NCBI GenBank assembly: GCA_029940535.1
Contig: JAPYUM010000009.1
Location: 13,607 to 77,606 of the forward strand
Origin: Vicinamibacterales bacterium
GTDB taxonomy: Bacteria; Acidobacteriota; Vicinamibacteria; Vicinamibacterales; UBA8438
Direction of reading: 5' to 3'
Length of the DNA stretch: 64,000 bases
Each line of letters begins with the position of its first letter. Position 1 is the first letter of the stretch. The position numbers and the translations under genes are program-made. The notes beneath the pieces are model-generated. The model saw nothing but the letters and a program-made list of their open reading frames with translations. It ran no database searches and was not told the DNA's origin. Of this stretch, positions 27,151 through 36,643 are shown piece by piece.

Positions 27151-29208
27151 CTACGACTCGTCGATGGGGAGCGTGAGCGCGATCAATCCGGGGACCTCGC
27201 CGCCAACCGTCAGGGCGATGTACTGCTGCCGACCCAGCATGTAGGTCATGGGCGAACCGAGCGCCCCGCCGGGGAGATCGAGCGAGGCCACTTCCTCGCC
27301 CGTGGTCTTGTCATAGGCGACCAGCCGGGGGCCTCCGTTCGTGCCGCCGGCGACCAGGGCCTGAATCAACAGGGTCTTGGTGAGCAGCGGCCCGGTTCGA
27401 CCCCAGTCGCCCCCAAGCGGTGGCAGGTCGAGGTCACGCAGCATCGGGTGATTGCGGATCCGCTCGCCGGTCCCCATCGGGGTCATCCAGGCGTGGTCGC
27501 CGGTGTTCATGTCGATGGCCGTCATGCGCGAATAGGGCGGCTTCCACAGTGGGAGTCCGCGCGGCATTACCGGACCGGCGGACAGGGACCGGCGGAGATA
27601 GCCGAGCGTTGACTGTTCTTCGCCCGGGCCTGGCGGGCTGAGCCCGATGGTGGAATGTGCATTGACCGATGGCACATAGAGATAGCCGGTGTCGGGGTCG
27701 ACCGCGGCTCCCGACCAACTGGCGCCGCCGCCGACCGACGGTCGCATGATGGTTCCGTTGGTCATCTGAGGGGTGAACAGCGGCCCCAGACGGAAGCCGT
27801 CGACCGCCGCGACTGCGAGCTCTCGAATCTCTGGCGTGAAGTCAACGAGGTCGTCGGCGGAGGTCCCCTGGTATTCGAACGGTAACGGTCGGGTGGGGAA
27901 TGGCTGGGTCGGGGCGGGCTGCTCGCCCTCCAGATCGGTATCGGTCGGCACTTCCCGTTCCTCGATCGGCCAGATCGGCTCTCCCGTCACGCGATCGAAG
28001 GCGTAGACAAACCCCTGTTTACTGACCTGGGCCACCGCCTTGACCTGTCGGCCGTTCACCGTGATGTCGAGCAGATTGGGTGCGGCCGGCAGGTCGTAGT
28101 CCCACAGACCATGGTGGACCATCTGGAAGTGCCACTCACGCCGGCCGGTCTCGGCGTCGACCGCCACCAGGCTCTCGGCAAACAGGTTGTCGCCGAGCCG
28201 GGCCCCGCCGTAGTAGTCGTTGGTCGCGGTGCCGATCGGGAGGTAGACGAGGCCAAGCTCGTCGTCGGCGCTCATGAGCGACCAGACGTTCGTATTCCCC
28301 GAGTAGCGCCACGACTCATTGAGCCACGTGTCGGCCCCGAACTGGTCGGGGCTCTGGGGTACGGTATGAAAATCCCACTTGTGTCGTCCAGTGCGGGCGT
28401 CGTAGGCACGGACCCAGCCCGGCGGCGCCTCCTTTGTCAGCGCGCGGTCGTTGATGCTCGACCCGATCACGACGGTGTCGCCGACCACCATCGGTGGCGA
28501 TTGCGAGCTGATCGGCAGCAGGTTCAACACGTCGAGCTCGCCGCGCGTGGCCCGGGGCAGCCCGTCCATCAGATCGACCCGTCCTTCGTTCCCGAATCCT
28601 TCCGCCGGTAGACCGGTCCTGGCGTCGAGGCCGATGAGAAAGCCGTCGCCCGTGCCCCAGAACACCCGCGCCGCATCGCCACTCTCCCAGTAGGCCAGCC
28701 CCCGGTGACGCCAGGGGAGTGGCGGGGGAGAACCGGACTCGTAGGCCTTCGGGTCGTGAACCCAGAGCGTCTCGCCGGTGTGCGCATCGATCGCGGCGGC
28801 TCGATACAACGCGGTGCTCAGATACAAAACTTCGTCGACCATCAGCGGCGTGCCAACCAGGGCCCGGATGGACGGGCGCGTGAGCGACCGTTGCTTGCCG
28901 TCCCAGTCTGCCCAGCGCTCCGGATTCTCCTCCGCCAACAGGTCGAAGACCGTCTCCGCGGCCAGCAGTGACGAACCCGTCTCGGTCGACCACGGCAGAT
29001 GGGTGTCCACCGTGTCCCAGCGCCAGGCGATCTCGAGGTTGGCGAAATTGTCCGCCGTGATCTGGGCGATCGGCGCGTACTTGGTGGCCCCGTTGTCGCC
29101 CGAGTGGCTCCGCCAGTCGTCGAACGCACCATACTGCGCGGCGGCCGGTAGGGCCGAGAGGCACAGCACGGCCAGCGTTCCTGCTATCAGTCGGTAGTTC
29201 GGTCGCAT
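27151..29208 (-). CDS. Secreted PQQ-dependent dehydrogenase (glucose/quinate/shikimate family beta-propeller)
   Basis: Signal peptide MRPNYRLIAGTLAVLCLSALPAAAQ. Repeated A.D..TG...W motifs, and VHHGLWDYD is typical of quinoprotein glucose dehydrogenases. Confidence 0.85.
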   Translation of the reverse strand: MRPNYRLIAGTLAVLCLSALPAAAQYGAFDDWRSHSGDNGATKYAPIAQITADNFANLEIAWRWDTVDTHLPWSTETGSSLLAAETVFDLLAEENPERWADWDGKQRSLTRPSIRALVGTPLMVDEVLYLSTALYRAAAIDAHTGETLWVHDPKAYESGSPPPLPWRHRGLAYWESGDAARVFWGTGDGFLIGLDARTGLPAEGFGNEGRVDLMDGLPRATRGELDVLNLLPISSQSPPMVVGDTVVIGSSINDRALTKEAPPGWVRAYDARTGRHKWDFHTVPQSPDQFGADTWLNESWRYSGNTNVWSLMSADDELGLVYLPIGTATNDYYGGARLGDNLFAESLVAVDAETGRREWHFQMVHHGLWDYDLPAAPNLLDITVNGRQVKAVAQVSKQGFVYAFDRVTGEPIWPIEEREVPTDTDLEGEQPAPTQPFPTRPLPFEYQGTSADDLVDFTPEIRELAVAAVDGFRLGPLFTPQMTNGTIMRPSVGGGASWSGAAVDPDTGYLYVPSVNAHSTIGLSPPGPGEEQSTLGYLRRSLSAGPVMPRGLPLWKPPYSRMTAIDMNTGDHAWMTPMGTGERIRNHPMLRDLDLPPLGGDWGRTGPLLTKTLLIQALVAGGTNGGPRLVAYDKTTGEEVASLDLPGGALGSPMTYMLGRQQYIALTVGGEVPGLIALTLPIDES

Positions 29209-29255
29209 GATGTCTCGTTCTGCCTCTTGCGCCCACTGCTGGCAGTGGCGCGTGG

Positions 29256-30413
29256 TCACTCCACCCGGTCGAATTTTTGCACTCGTTGGCCCACGTTGAC
29301 CTCTGTCGTGTAGAGGTTGCCCCGGGAGTCGATGGCCAGATTGTGCAGCCGGTAGAACTGTCCCGCGTTCTTCCCAAGGCGTCCGAAATAGTCGCGCACT
29401 TCGAGTGAGGCGCGGTCGAGAATCCACACGACGTTGTTGGTGCCGTCCGGAACGAACAACCATCGCTGCTCCGGGTCTTCGGAGAGGGTGACCCCTGACG
29501 CCGAACCGCTTCCCAGCGTGTCCGGTCGAATGAACGTCTCGGTGACGAACGTGCCGTCCTTTTGAAACACTTGCACCCGGTTGTTGGTGCGGTCGGCGAC
29601 ATAGACCAGGCCATCGTCGGCGATCGCGACGTCGTGCACCGGGCTCCGGTAGCTACGAATCGGAGCCGCGCCCGGGTCGTACGGCGGGAGCGGCGCGTCG
29701 TCCGGCGTGTCGCCATATGCGCCCCAGTGCCGACGGTACTCGCCAGTCTCGGAATCAAACACGATGACCCGCCGGTTACCGTAGCCGTCGGCGATATAGA
29801 CCTCGTTGGCCTCCGGGTCGACCCGGATACCGGCGGGGCGCCCGAGGTCTTCGGTGTCGTTGCTGCCGTCGCTTTGGCCCGCATGTCCGATCTGCAGGAG
29901 GAACTCGCCGTCAGCGGTGAACTTCAGGACATGTGCGTCCTCGGCGGCGTTCCCACCGATCCAGACGTACCCCTCATGGTCAACATGGATGCCGTGTTCA
30001 CTGGACGGCCACTCGTACCCGTCGCCCGGGCCACCCCAGGAGCGTAGGACAGTTCCGTCGAGATCGAGCTCGATGACCGGCGGGGCGGGCACGCAGCACA
30101 TGCCTTCTTCGCCGCGTTGTCTGGCGTCGAGGGTCGCTGGTCGGTGCAGGACCCAGACGTGATCACGGTCGTCGACCGCGACTCCCGACACCTGACCCAG
30201 CATCCAGTTGTTCGGGAGCTCGCGGGCCCAGAACGGATCCACCCGAAACCGCGGGACGTCAGACCCGCTTGACGAGACGGCTGTGGTCGTGGCGCCGGCC
30301 GGGGCGGTGGTGTCCGCGGCTTCCTCAGGTTGTGGCTCGTCAGCGCAGGCCACGACGAACAGTGGGACAAGGAGGCCAACCAAGAACCGGAGGTGCGCTG
30401 ATCGCGTCGCCAT
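29256..30413 (-). CDS. NHL-repeat six-bladed beta-propeller lipoprotein, peptidyl-alpha-hydroxyglycine lyase (PAL)-like
   Basis: Lipobox FVVACAD. VAVDDRDHVWVLHR, HGIHVDHEGYVWIGGN, VYIADGYGNRRVIVFD and VYVADRTNNRVQVF repeats. Confidence 0.75.
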   Translation of the reverse strand: MATRSAHLRFLVGLLVPLFVVACADEPQPEEAADTTAPAGATTTAVSSSGSDVPRFRVDPFWARELPNNWMLGQVSGVAVDDRDHVWVLHRPATLDARQRGEEGMCCVPAPPVIELDLDGTVLRSWGGPGDGYEWPSSEHGIHVDHEGYVWIGGNAAEDAHVLKFTADGEFLLQIGHAGQSDGSNDTEDLGRPAGIRVDPEANEVYIADGYGNRRVIVFDSETGEYRRHWGAYGDTPDDAPLPPYDPGAAPIRSYRSPVHDVAIADDGLVYVADRTNNRVQVFQKDGTFVTETFIRPDTLGSGSASGVTLSEDPEQRWLFVPDGTNNVVWILDRASLEVRDYFGRLGKNAGQFYRLHNLAIDSRGNLYTTEVNVGQRVQKFDRVE

Positions 30414-30505
30414 GGCGGCACGATACACTACAATTCCAGACAACGAACACCATCGAACGCGGGACGTCGCGCGGTTGCGCGCCTCGCGCACCAGGAGATT
30501 GCAAA

Positions 30506-31306
30506 ATGAGGCTGTTCCTGACCGTCGTTGCCCTGGCCGCGCTCGTTTCGCCGGCCTCCGCTCAACTCGCGGTGCCCGACGAGGCGGGGCTGGTCTACGG
30601 GCACGTGCACCTGAACGTTTCCGACATCGACGAACACGAGCGGATCTGGGTCGAGCACTTCGGGGGGGTCGCGTTCCAGAAGGGTCGCCTGCGGGGCGTC
30701 TGGCTTCCGGGCACCCTGATCGCGTTCACCGAGCGAACGCCCACCGGAGGGTCGCAGGGGTCGGTGATGGATCACTTCGGGGTCAAGGTGCGTGACACCG
30801 GCAAGTGGCTCGAGAAGTGGAAGGCGGCCGGCTACACGGTTGACTCCGAGTTCACCGGGGCCGAGGGACAGCATAACGGGTATGTGACATTGCCAGATGG
30901 CGTGCGGGTCGAGCTACAGGAAGACCAGATGCTTCCGGTGGAGGTCGTGGGATACCACGTTCACTATTTCACGCCGGAGTTCGAGTCGCTGCTCGATTGG
31001 TACGTGGACGTGTTCGGTCTCGAGAAGCTGCCCCGCGGCCGGATCGAGACCACCACGAACGTCCCCGGCATGAACATGAGCTTCGGGGGCACCCAGGGCG
31101 GCCACGTGCCCAGCGCGGGCCGCGCGATCGACCACGTTGGCTTCGAGGTGGATGACCTGCAGGCGCTCGTCGCGCGGCTCGAGGCGAAGGGCATCGAGTT
31201 CGACCGCGGCTATAGCGAACTGCCCGATCTGGAACTCAAAGTCGCGTTCCTCACCGACCCGGCCGGTACCCGGATCGAACTGACCGAGGGCCTGGATCAG
31301 TACTGA
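30506..31306 (+). CDS. Secreted two-domain VOC/glyoxalase-family protein
   Basis: CAGGAG RBS and a signal peptide. Two HVHLNV / GYHVHYF and IDHVGFEVDD glyoxalase-like modules. Confidence 0.8.
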   Translation: MRLFLTVVALAALVSPASAQLAVPDEAGLVYGHVHLNVSDIDEHERIWVEHFGGVAFQKGRLRGVWLPGTLIAFTERTPTGGSQGSVMDHFGVKVRDTGKWLEKWKAAGYTVDSEFTGAEGQHNGYVTLPDGVRVELQEDQMLPVEVVGYHVHYFTPEFESLLDWYVDVFGLEKLPRGRIETTTNVPGMNMSFGGTQGGHVPSAGRAIDHVGFEVDDLQALVARLEAKGIEFDRGYSELPDLELKVAFLTDPAGTRIELTEGLDQY

Positions 31307-31375
31307 GACGGGGGCTTCGCCCCCGCCCCCCCACGGCCGCTCCGCGGGGACCCCGAGTGCCCCACTCCGCGGCCG
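31303..31375. repeat. Direct repeat copy A (~73 nt, GC-rich, contains the GGGGGC-TTC-GCCCCC hairpin)
   Basis: Aligns with 32324-32397 at roughly 85 percent identity by eye, with two 1-2 nt indels. It starts at the stop codon of the VOC gene. Confidence 0.85.
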
Positions 31376-31627
31376 CTGGGCGTACATTGTCGCGCGCCCG
31401 GGGGTGGCGCTGCCGCCCTGCTTCCGCGGGGGTGCGCCGCTAACCCCCACACGGACGCTCCGCGGCTCCTACGAGACGACGCATTAACCGTCGTCTACAC
31501 CGGGACAATGGAACGTATTCAGGGCGTATTTAGGGTCGTACCAACGGTCCGGCTCCTCTGAACCGTCGCGCCTTCAGGACCGCGACCGATCCGCCTGGAA
31601 TGTCGCCAGGGCGCGACAGGAGTCAGA

Positions 31628-31640
31628 TATACTACCTATA
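31628..31640 (+). promoter_or_regulatory. TATACT -10-like box 6 nt upstream of the vapB ATG (possible leaderless transcript)
   Basis: gaTATACTacctatATG is read directly from the sequence. No SD sits at functional spacing. Confidence 0.3.
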
Positions 31641-31885
31641 TGAGTACGAGGCTTCAGGTGGTCATGGACGAGGCTGAGGTCGGGGAGTACCGCCGACTCG
31701 CGAAGCGCGATGGGGTCACGCTGGCCGAGTGGGTCCGACAGAGGCTTCGCCGCGCCCGGCGGGAGGAGCCGTCTCGTGACGTCGAACGGAAGCTCGGCGC
31801 GGTGCGTGCCGCGACGAGCCATGAGTTTCCGACGGGCGACATCGAGCAGATGCTGGGTGAGATCGAATCGGGCTACCGGTCGTGA
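31640..31885 (+). CDS. vapB: Ribbon-helix-helix (CopG/VapB-type) antitoxin
   Basis: [38 protein letters not shown] fits an RHH fold pattern. Its stop overlaps the PIN gene start (GTGA). Confidence 0.8.
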   Translation: MSTRLQVVMDEAEVGEYRRLAKRDGVTLAEWVRQRLRRARREEPSRDVERKLGAVRAATSHEFPTGDIEQMLGEIESGYRS

Positions 31886-32280
31886 TCCTGGTCGACTCGA
31901 ACATCCCGATGTATCTGGTCGGGGAGCCGCACCCGCACAAGACCGACGCGCAGCGATTGCTCGAACGGCTGGTGCTCGAGCACCAGCGTCTGGTGAGCGA
32001 CGCGGAGGTGCTGCAGGAGATTCTGCACCGCTACACCGCGATCGACAGACGCGACGCGATCCAGCCGGCGTTCGAGGCGCTGTACGGCGTGGTGGATGAG
32101 GTGTTCCCGGTGACCGCCGAGGTCGTGGGGCGGGCCCGGGAGGTTGTGCTCGCGACACGCGGTCTGTCGGCGCGAGACGCGGTGCATGTCGCGGTCATGC
32201 AGCAGCACGACGTCGCGGAGATACTCTCGTTCGATCGTGGCTTCGACGCGGTCGCCGGTATCAACCGCGTTTCGGCCTGA
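31882..32280 (+). CDS. vapC: PIN-domain toxin VapC
   Basis: [23 protein letters not shown] and ILSFDRGFD provide PIN acidic residues. Confidence 0.85.
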   Translation: MILVDSNIPMYLVGEPHPHKTDAQRLLERLVLEHQRLVSDAEVLQEILHRYTAIDRRDAIQPAFEALYGVVDEVFPVTAEVVGRAREVVLATRGLSARDAVHVAVMQQHDVAEILSFDRGFDAVAGINRVSA

Positions 32281-32323
32281 GCCGACCGCCCATCTGCCGG
32301 GTTACGGGATTATTCGGTCCTGA

Positions 32324-32397
32324 CTGAGACGGGGGCTTCGCCCCCGAACCCTCCGCGACCGCTCCGCGGGGGTCCCGAGTGCCCCACTCCGGGGCCC
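32324..32397. repeat. Direct repeat copy B (~73 nt)
   Basis: See copy A. It lies about 40 nt after the vapC stop codon. Confidence 0.85.
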
Positions 32398-32839
32398 CCT
32401 GCCACCGCGAAGGGGAGAAGCGACGCAACAAAGAGCGGCTGAAGAACCTGAAGGAAATGCAGAAGCAGAAGATGAAAGATGCGAAGCCCCACGGGGATGA
32501 TGACGGAGAGGAACGGGGCGCGTGAGAACACTACCGCTACTCGATCCGCAGCGAGCGACACACTAGGTCCGTGCTGAGGAGCAACCCAGCGCCAGTCCGC
32601 CGAGCACCGGGCCGCCGGCAACGAGACCGAGTAGTTCACCGGTGCTCGCACCCGACGCCATCCGCACGGCCCGGTTCACGGGTACGCGGTCGCACCCCGA
32701 AGGCCACGACACTGAAGAGACCGACGGTGGCCATGACCACGGTCACCGCCCGCGAAAACACTGAACGCGACTCCAAACAACGAAAGGCCAGGTCGTGACG
32801 ATGACCGCCTGGCGCTCACTCTCACCGATGGCGGGGCGG

Positions 32840-34129
32840 TTACGGCCCAACCCAGGCGGCGCTCAAGCCCGCGCGGTCGACGGCCTCGCCGCGGAGATAG
32901 ACGTTGGCGATGCGCCGGGTGTTGGTGATGTCGTCCAGCGGGTTGGCCTCCAGCACGACGAAATCGGCGCTCTTACCGGCCGCCAGCGTCCCCAGATCGG
33001 CAAGCGCCAACATCTCCGCCGAGTTACCGGTAGCCGCCACCAGTACGTCGGCCGGGCTCATGCCGGCGAGCACCATGTCTTCCATTTCGGTGTGGGGACT
33101 CCAACCCGCGCCGCCGTCGGTACCGAAGGCGATGGTGACCCCTTCGGCACTCAGTCGCGCGAGGTTACGGGCCTGGATGCCGAAGGCCTCCTGGGCGGCG
33201 GGACGGTCGACCGACCGCTCCTGCATCTGCTCGAGTTGGCCCGCCGGGATGGTACCGCTGAGCCAGCTCAGGTCGGCGGCCACACCGCTGCCGGGCAGAT
33301 TCGGCACCAGCACGACGTTCGGACGTTCCTTGAACAGCTCGACCACTTCGTCGTCGACGTCCATGTCGCGGATGCCGTGCGCGAAGGCGTCGAGGCCGGC
33401 ACGTAGCAGGCCCTTGGCATCTTCCAGCGTGTAGACATGCGCGGTGACCCTCAGGCCATTCTGGTGGGCCTCGTCGATGACCGCGCTGTAGAGCTCGGGT
33501 GAGAGTTTGCCGAACTGGCCGCCGCGGTCGTCGACCCAGATCTTCACCATATCGACATTCTGCGGCACGAGTTCCTGGACGGCGGCGCGGGCTTCTTCCT
33601 CCGTCGTGATCCAGGACGGCACTTCGGTCCGGCCTGGTTCCGGCGCCGTGATGCCTCGGCCGACGGTGCGATAGCGGGCCGCGTTCGGGAGGATCTCGTC
33701 CCGGAGCTGGAACGCCATTTCGCTTACGCCACGCCCCAGGCTCAGCACGACGCCGACACCGTAGTAGGCCTTCCGTTGCAAATCTTCGACCCGTTCGTCA
33801 CGCGTCTCTCTGAGGTGCACGTGGGTGTCGATGATGGCCGGCATCACCGTCCGGCCGGTGAGATCGACGCGAGCCGCCCCGGCGGGCACCTCCACGGCGT
33901 CGCCGCTGCCCACGGCGACGAGGCGGTCGTATTCGACCAGCAAGGTGCCGTTCTCGATGACCTGACCGTCTCCGATGATCAAGCGCGCCCCCTCATAGGC
34001 GATGGCGTCGGTGGCAGGGGTCTCTGGCTCGCTGGGAGGCGCGCCACACGCCGACACGAGTACGAGCGTGGACAGCAGGAGAGCCGGCGCGGCGATTGTG
34101 GGATGCGACGGGATGAGCAGACGACGCAT
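32840..34129 (-). CDS. Amidohydrolase-family metallohydrolase, lipoprotein
   Basis: GAGGAGG RBS and lipobox LVSACG. AIIDTHVHLRE HxH motif and a C-terminal GKSADFVVL...P pattern. Confidence 0.85.
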   Translation of the reverse strand: MRRLLIPSHPTIAAPALLLSTLVLVSACGAPPSEPETPATDAIAYEGARLIIGDGQVIENGTLLVEYDRLVAVGSGDAVEVPAGAARVDLTGRTVMPAIIDTHVHLRETRDERVEDLQRKAYYGVGVVLSLGRGVSEMAFQLRDEILPNAARYRTVGRGITAPEPGRTEVPSWITTEEEARAAVQELVPQNVDMVKIWVDDRGGQFGKLSPELYSAVIDEAHQNGLRVTAHVYTLEDAKGLLRAGLDAFAHGIRDMDVDDEVVELFKERPNVVLVPNLPGSGVAADLSWLSGTIPAGQLEQMQERSVDRPAAQEAFGIQARNLARLSAEGVTIAFGTDGGAGWSPHTEMEDMVLAGMSPADVLVAATGNSAEMLALADLGTLAAGKSADFVVLEANPLDDITNTRRIANVYLRGEAVDRAGLSAAWVGP

Positions 34130-34227
34130 GGCAGCCTCCTCGGGACAGTACCTAGAGATACAAAACGGGCCGACGCTGGAGGTCTTGCCAGCATCGGCCC
34201 GTGCCAACGACGGAATTCGGTCTAAGG

Positions 34228-35229
34228 CTACGGACGCAACTTACGACCCTGTCTCTCGAGTTCACGCGCGCCGGCCAGAATGCCGTGCATGCCGATGTTG
34301 CCTTCGTGACAGGCATACTCGAACAGGGGGCCGTCCGTGCGCCGGAACGGCATCATCACCGTGAACGGAGCGGTGTAGACCGTCGGGTCCGTCACGGTGT
34401 ACTCGTAGACCACTCTGTCCGCATTGACCCGGGTGAACCGCTCGACCAGATGCTTGTTGGGGCTGGTGCCGCGGCTTTCGCCCCCACGGAACTGGTCGGT
34501 CTCGACAACCATCGTGTCGCCTTCCCAGTGACCACGCGAGACGCCGGAGAACTGCTTGAACGGCGGTTTGGCGACATCGTCAATCGGGATGACCCGCGCG
34601 TTGTGCACCATCTCGTTGAGAATCACGAGGTGGTCTGGCGTCTGAAAGATCATGACGTTGTTGTTGTAGGCGCCCGACGACATCGGCGGGCCGGCGTTGA
34701 ACCCCATGATGCAGCGGTCCATCATGCTGCGGCTGGTATACGAGTCGTACCGGGCCGCGTTGCGCTCGTCCTCGGCTTCTTCGCTCTGTTCCCTCGGCGC
34801 CCTCACCCCGGGCACGCGTGGTGGCAGCCGTCCATTCGGCGGATCGACGACGAGCGAGGTCCGCTTGTCGTCGGTCAAGTCGATTCCGCGCTCGTACCAA
34901 AATTCGTTGTAGGAGAGCACGCCGCCCTCGGATCGAGGCTGATATCCAGCGCTTCGTGCGCCCGATTCGGGATCGAACAGGTCGCGATTCTGACGAGTGC
35001 GCTCCGACGCCTCGAATGCGGCCGCCGCCTCGGCCGACAGCGTTTCCTGGTCCTCGAACTGCCGAGGGCGCTGGTATGGCGTCAGTGTGCGAAACGTAAA
35101 AATCCCGGAGATGTCCGGCTGGCCATCTGGCCGGCGCATCGGCGCGTCGCTCTGGGCGTCGGCCGCGATCGGTGCCAGGGTCACGACAAGGGCCACCATG
35201 AACACGAGCGCGACGAATTTCTTGATCAT
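34228..35229 (-). CDS. Secreted protein of the uncharacterised family (paralog 2 of 4)
   Basis: GAGGAA RBS and a signal peptide. QPDISGIF, RTSLVVDPPNGRLPPR, DRC, GPPM, HWEGDTMVVETDQF, LVERF and FEYACHEGNIGM motifs. Confidence 0.85.
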   Translation of the reverse strand: MIKKFVALVFMVALVVTLAPIAADAQSDAPMRRPDGQPDISGIFTFRTLTPYQRPRQFEDQETLSAEAAAAFEASERTRQNRDLFDPESGARSAGYQPRSEGGVLSYNEFWYERGIDLTDDKRTSLVVDPPNGRLPPRVPGVRAPREQSEEAEDERNAARYDSYTSRSMMDRCIMGFNAGPPMSSGAYNNNVMIFQTPDHLVILNEMVHNARVIPIDDVAKPPFKQFSGVSRGHWEGDTMVVETDQFRGGESRGTSPNKHLVERFTRVNADRVVYEYTVTDPTVYTAPFTVMMPFRRTDGPLFEYACHEGNIGMHGILAGARELERQGRKLRP

Positions 35230-35392
35230 CTGTGTTCCTCTCAAGGGGCGTCGATGCCAAGCGCACCGAACCCGATCGCACCGCGACGTGAGCGACCGGC
35301 CCGCCATCCTGTCAGATAAATCTACACAAAATATTAAACGGTGGGCGTCTTGTATGCAAGCTGCGGGTCAGAGGTGAAACCTGATCGGGTCC

Positions 35393-36643
35393 TCACTCCG
35401 GTTCTAGGGTCGGGCTCCACTCGCGGGCGCGTTGCTCCGCGACGGCGAGCTGGTCCGGGGGCAGTTGTTGGGCGACGGTGTCTCGCCCCTGGCGCGCGCC
35501 CTCGCGGGCCGATCCGGTGCTGCCGGCGGCGGCCAGGCTCAGCCACACGTGGGCCGAGACGAAGTCCCGAGGGACGCCTTCGCCGTTGGCGTACATGATC
35601 CCGATATTCTGCTGGGCGGACGTTTCTCCCTGTTGGGCGGCCCGTTCGAACCAGCGTGCCGCCTCTGCGGCGTTCCGCTCGACACCGGTTCCGGCGTCGT
35701 AACTCATACCGAGATTGAACTGCGCTCGCGCGAAGCCGTGGTCCGCCGCGAGGTGCATCCACCGTATCGCTTCGCCCGGGTCCCGGGTCACACCCCGTCC
35801 ACTCATATACATGTTACCCAGGGCGAACTCGCCCTCCGCCGTGCCCTGGTCGGCCGCTCGTCTGATCCAGCGGACCGCCTCGGCGTCGTCTTCAGCCACC
35901 CCGGTACCCGCGTCATACAGATAGCCCAGGGTGACCTGCGCCGACGGGTCTCCCTGGACCGCGGCGAGCCGATACCACCGGAAGGCGAGCGAGGCGTCCG
36001 CGGGGACGCCGGCCCCCGTCTCGTACATGCTGGCCAACGTGATCTGGGCGGTGGCGTGGCCCTGCGCCGCCGCGCGCTCGACCCAGCGCGCCGCCTCGGC
36101 GCGATCCGCCTCGACCCCACGGCCATTGAAATACAGTTGTCCCAGGCCATATTGGGCTTCGGCATGGCCCTGGTCGGCCGCAAGCCGGTACCACCGTACC
36201 GCCTCGGCGTCGTCGCTGGTCCGCGTCGCACGCTCGGTTCCTTCCGCGTCCCGTGACAGGTCGGCGCCCTCGGCGTACAGACGTCCCAGCCTGAACTGCG
36301 CCTCCCAATGTCCCTGGTCTGCCGCCAGCCGATACCACCGCGCCGCGTCGGCGTCATCCTCACCGACGCCGGACCCCGTGTCATAGCGCACGCCAAGACT
36401 GTGCTGCGCGCCGGCGTGGCCCTGCTCCGCCGCCAGCCGATACCACCGCGCCGCTTCCTGGTCATCGCGCGGAACACCGGTCCCCGTCACGTATTGGCGC
36501 GCAAGGTTGTACTGGGCGGATGGATTCCCTTGCTCCGCTCGTTCCTGTAGCTCGGTGAGATCCCGCTGAGCGCGCAGCGGCGCGGTGGCTGCGGGTAACG
36601 TCAGGCAGGCCACGAGCCACGCGGTAACGGACCGAAAGGTCAC
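35393..36643 (-). CDS. Sel1-repeat (SLR/TPR-like) secreted protein, about 9-10 repeats
   Basis: Reiterated A.RWYRLAA.QG...AQ..LG..Y..G.GV..D units. The GTG start directly abuts the TAA stop of the upstream gene. Confidence 0.9.
   Translation of the reverse strand: MTFRSVTAWLVACLTLPAATAPLRAQRDLTELQERAEQGNPSAQYNLARQYVTGTGVPRDDQEAARWYRLAAEQGHAGAQHSLGVRYDTGSGVGEDDADAARWYRLAADQGHWEAQFRLGRLYAEGADLSRDAEGTERATRTSDDAEAVRWYRLAADQGHAEAQYGLGQLYFNGRGVEADRAEAARWVERAAAQGHATAQITLASMYETGAGVPADASLAFRWYRLAAVQGDPSAQVTLGYLYDAGTGVAEDDAEAVRWIRRAADQGTAEGEFALGNMYMSGRGVTRDPGEAIRWMHLAADHGFARAQFNLGMSYDAGTGVERNAAEAARWFERAAQQGETSAQQNIGIMYANGEGVPRDFVSAHVWLSLAAAGSTGSAREGARQGRDTVAQQLPPDQLAVAEQRAREWSPTLEPE

Noticed and set aside
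31303-32397. The direct repeats interpreted as integron attC sites
   Set aside because: No integron integrase is present in the window. I could not find RYYYAAC/GTTRRRY core sites. The repeats are direct copies with an internal terminator-like hairpin rather than the imperfect inverted architecture of attC.
32636-32734. Minus-strand mini-ORF starting MATVGLFSVVAF
   Set aside because: Careful codon-by-codon translation ends after 32 codons. There is no RBS and the C-terminal part is not protein-like.
35393-36643. Periodic DNA repeats that might be mistaken for an array
   Set aside because: The periodicity is the ~108-nt Sel1 repeat unit within a single ORF. It has no spacer/repeat structure.
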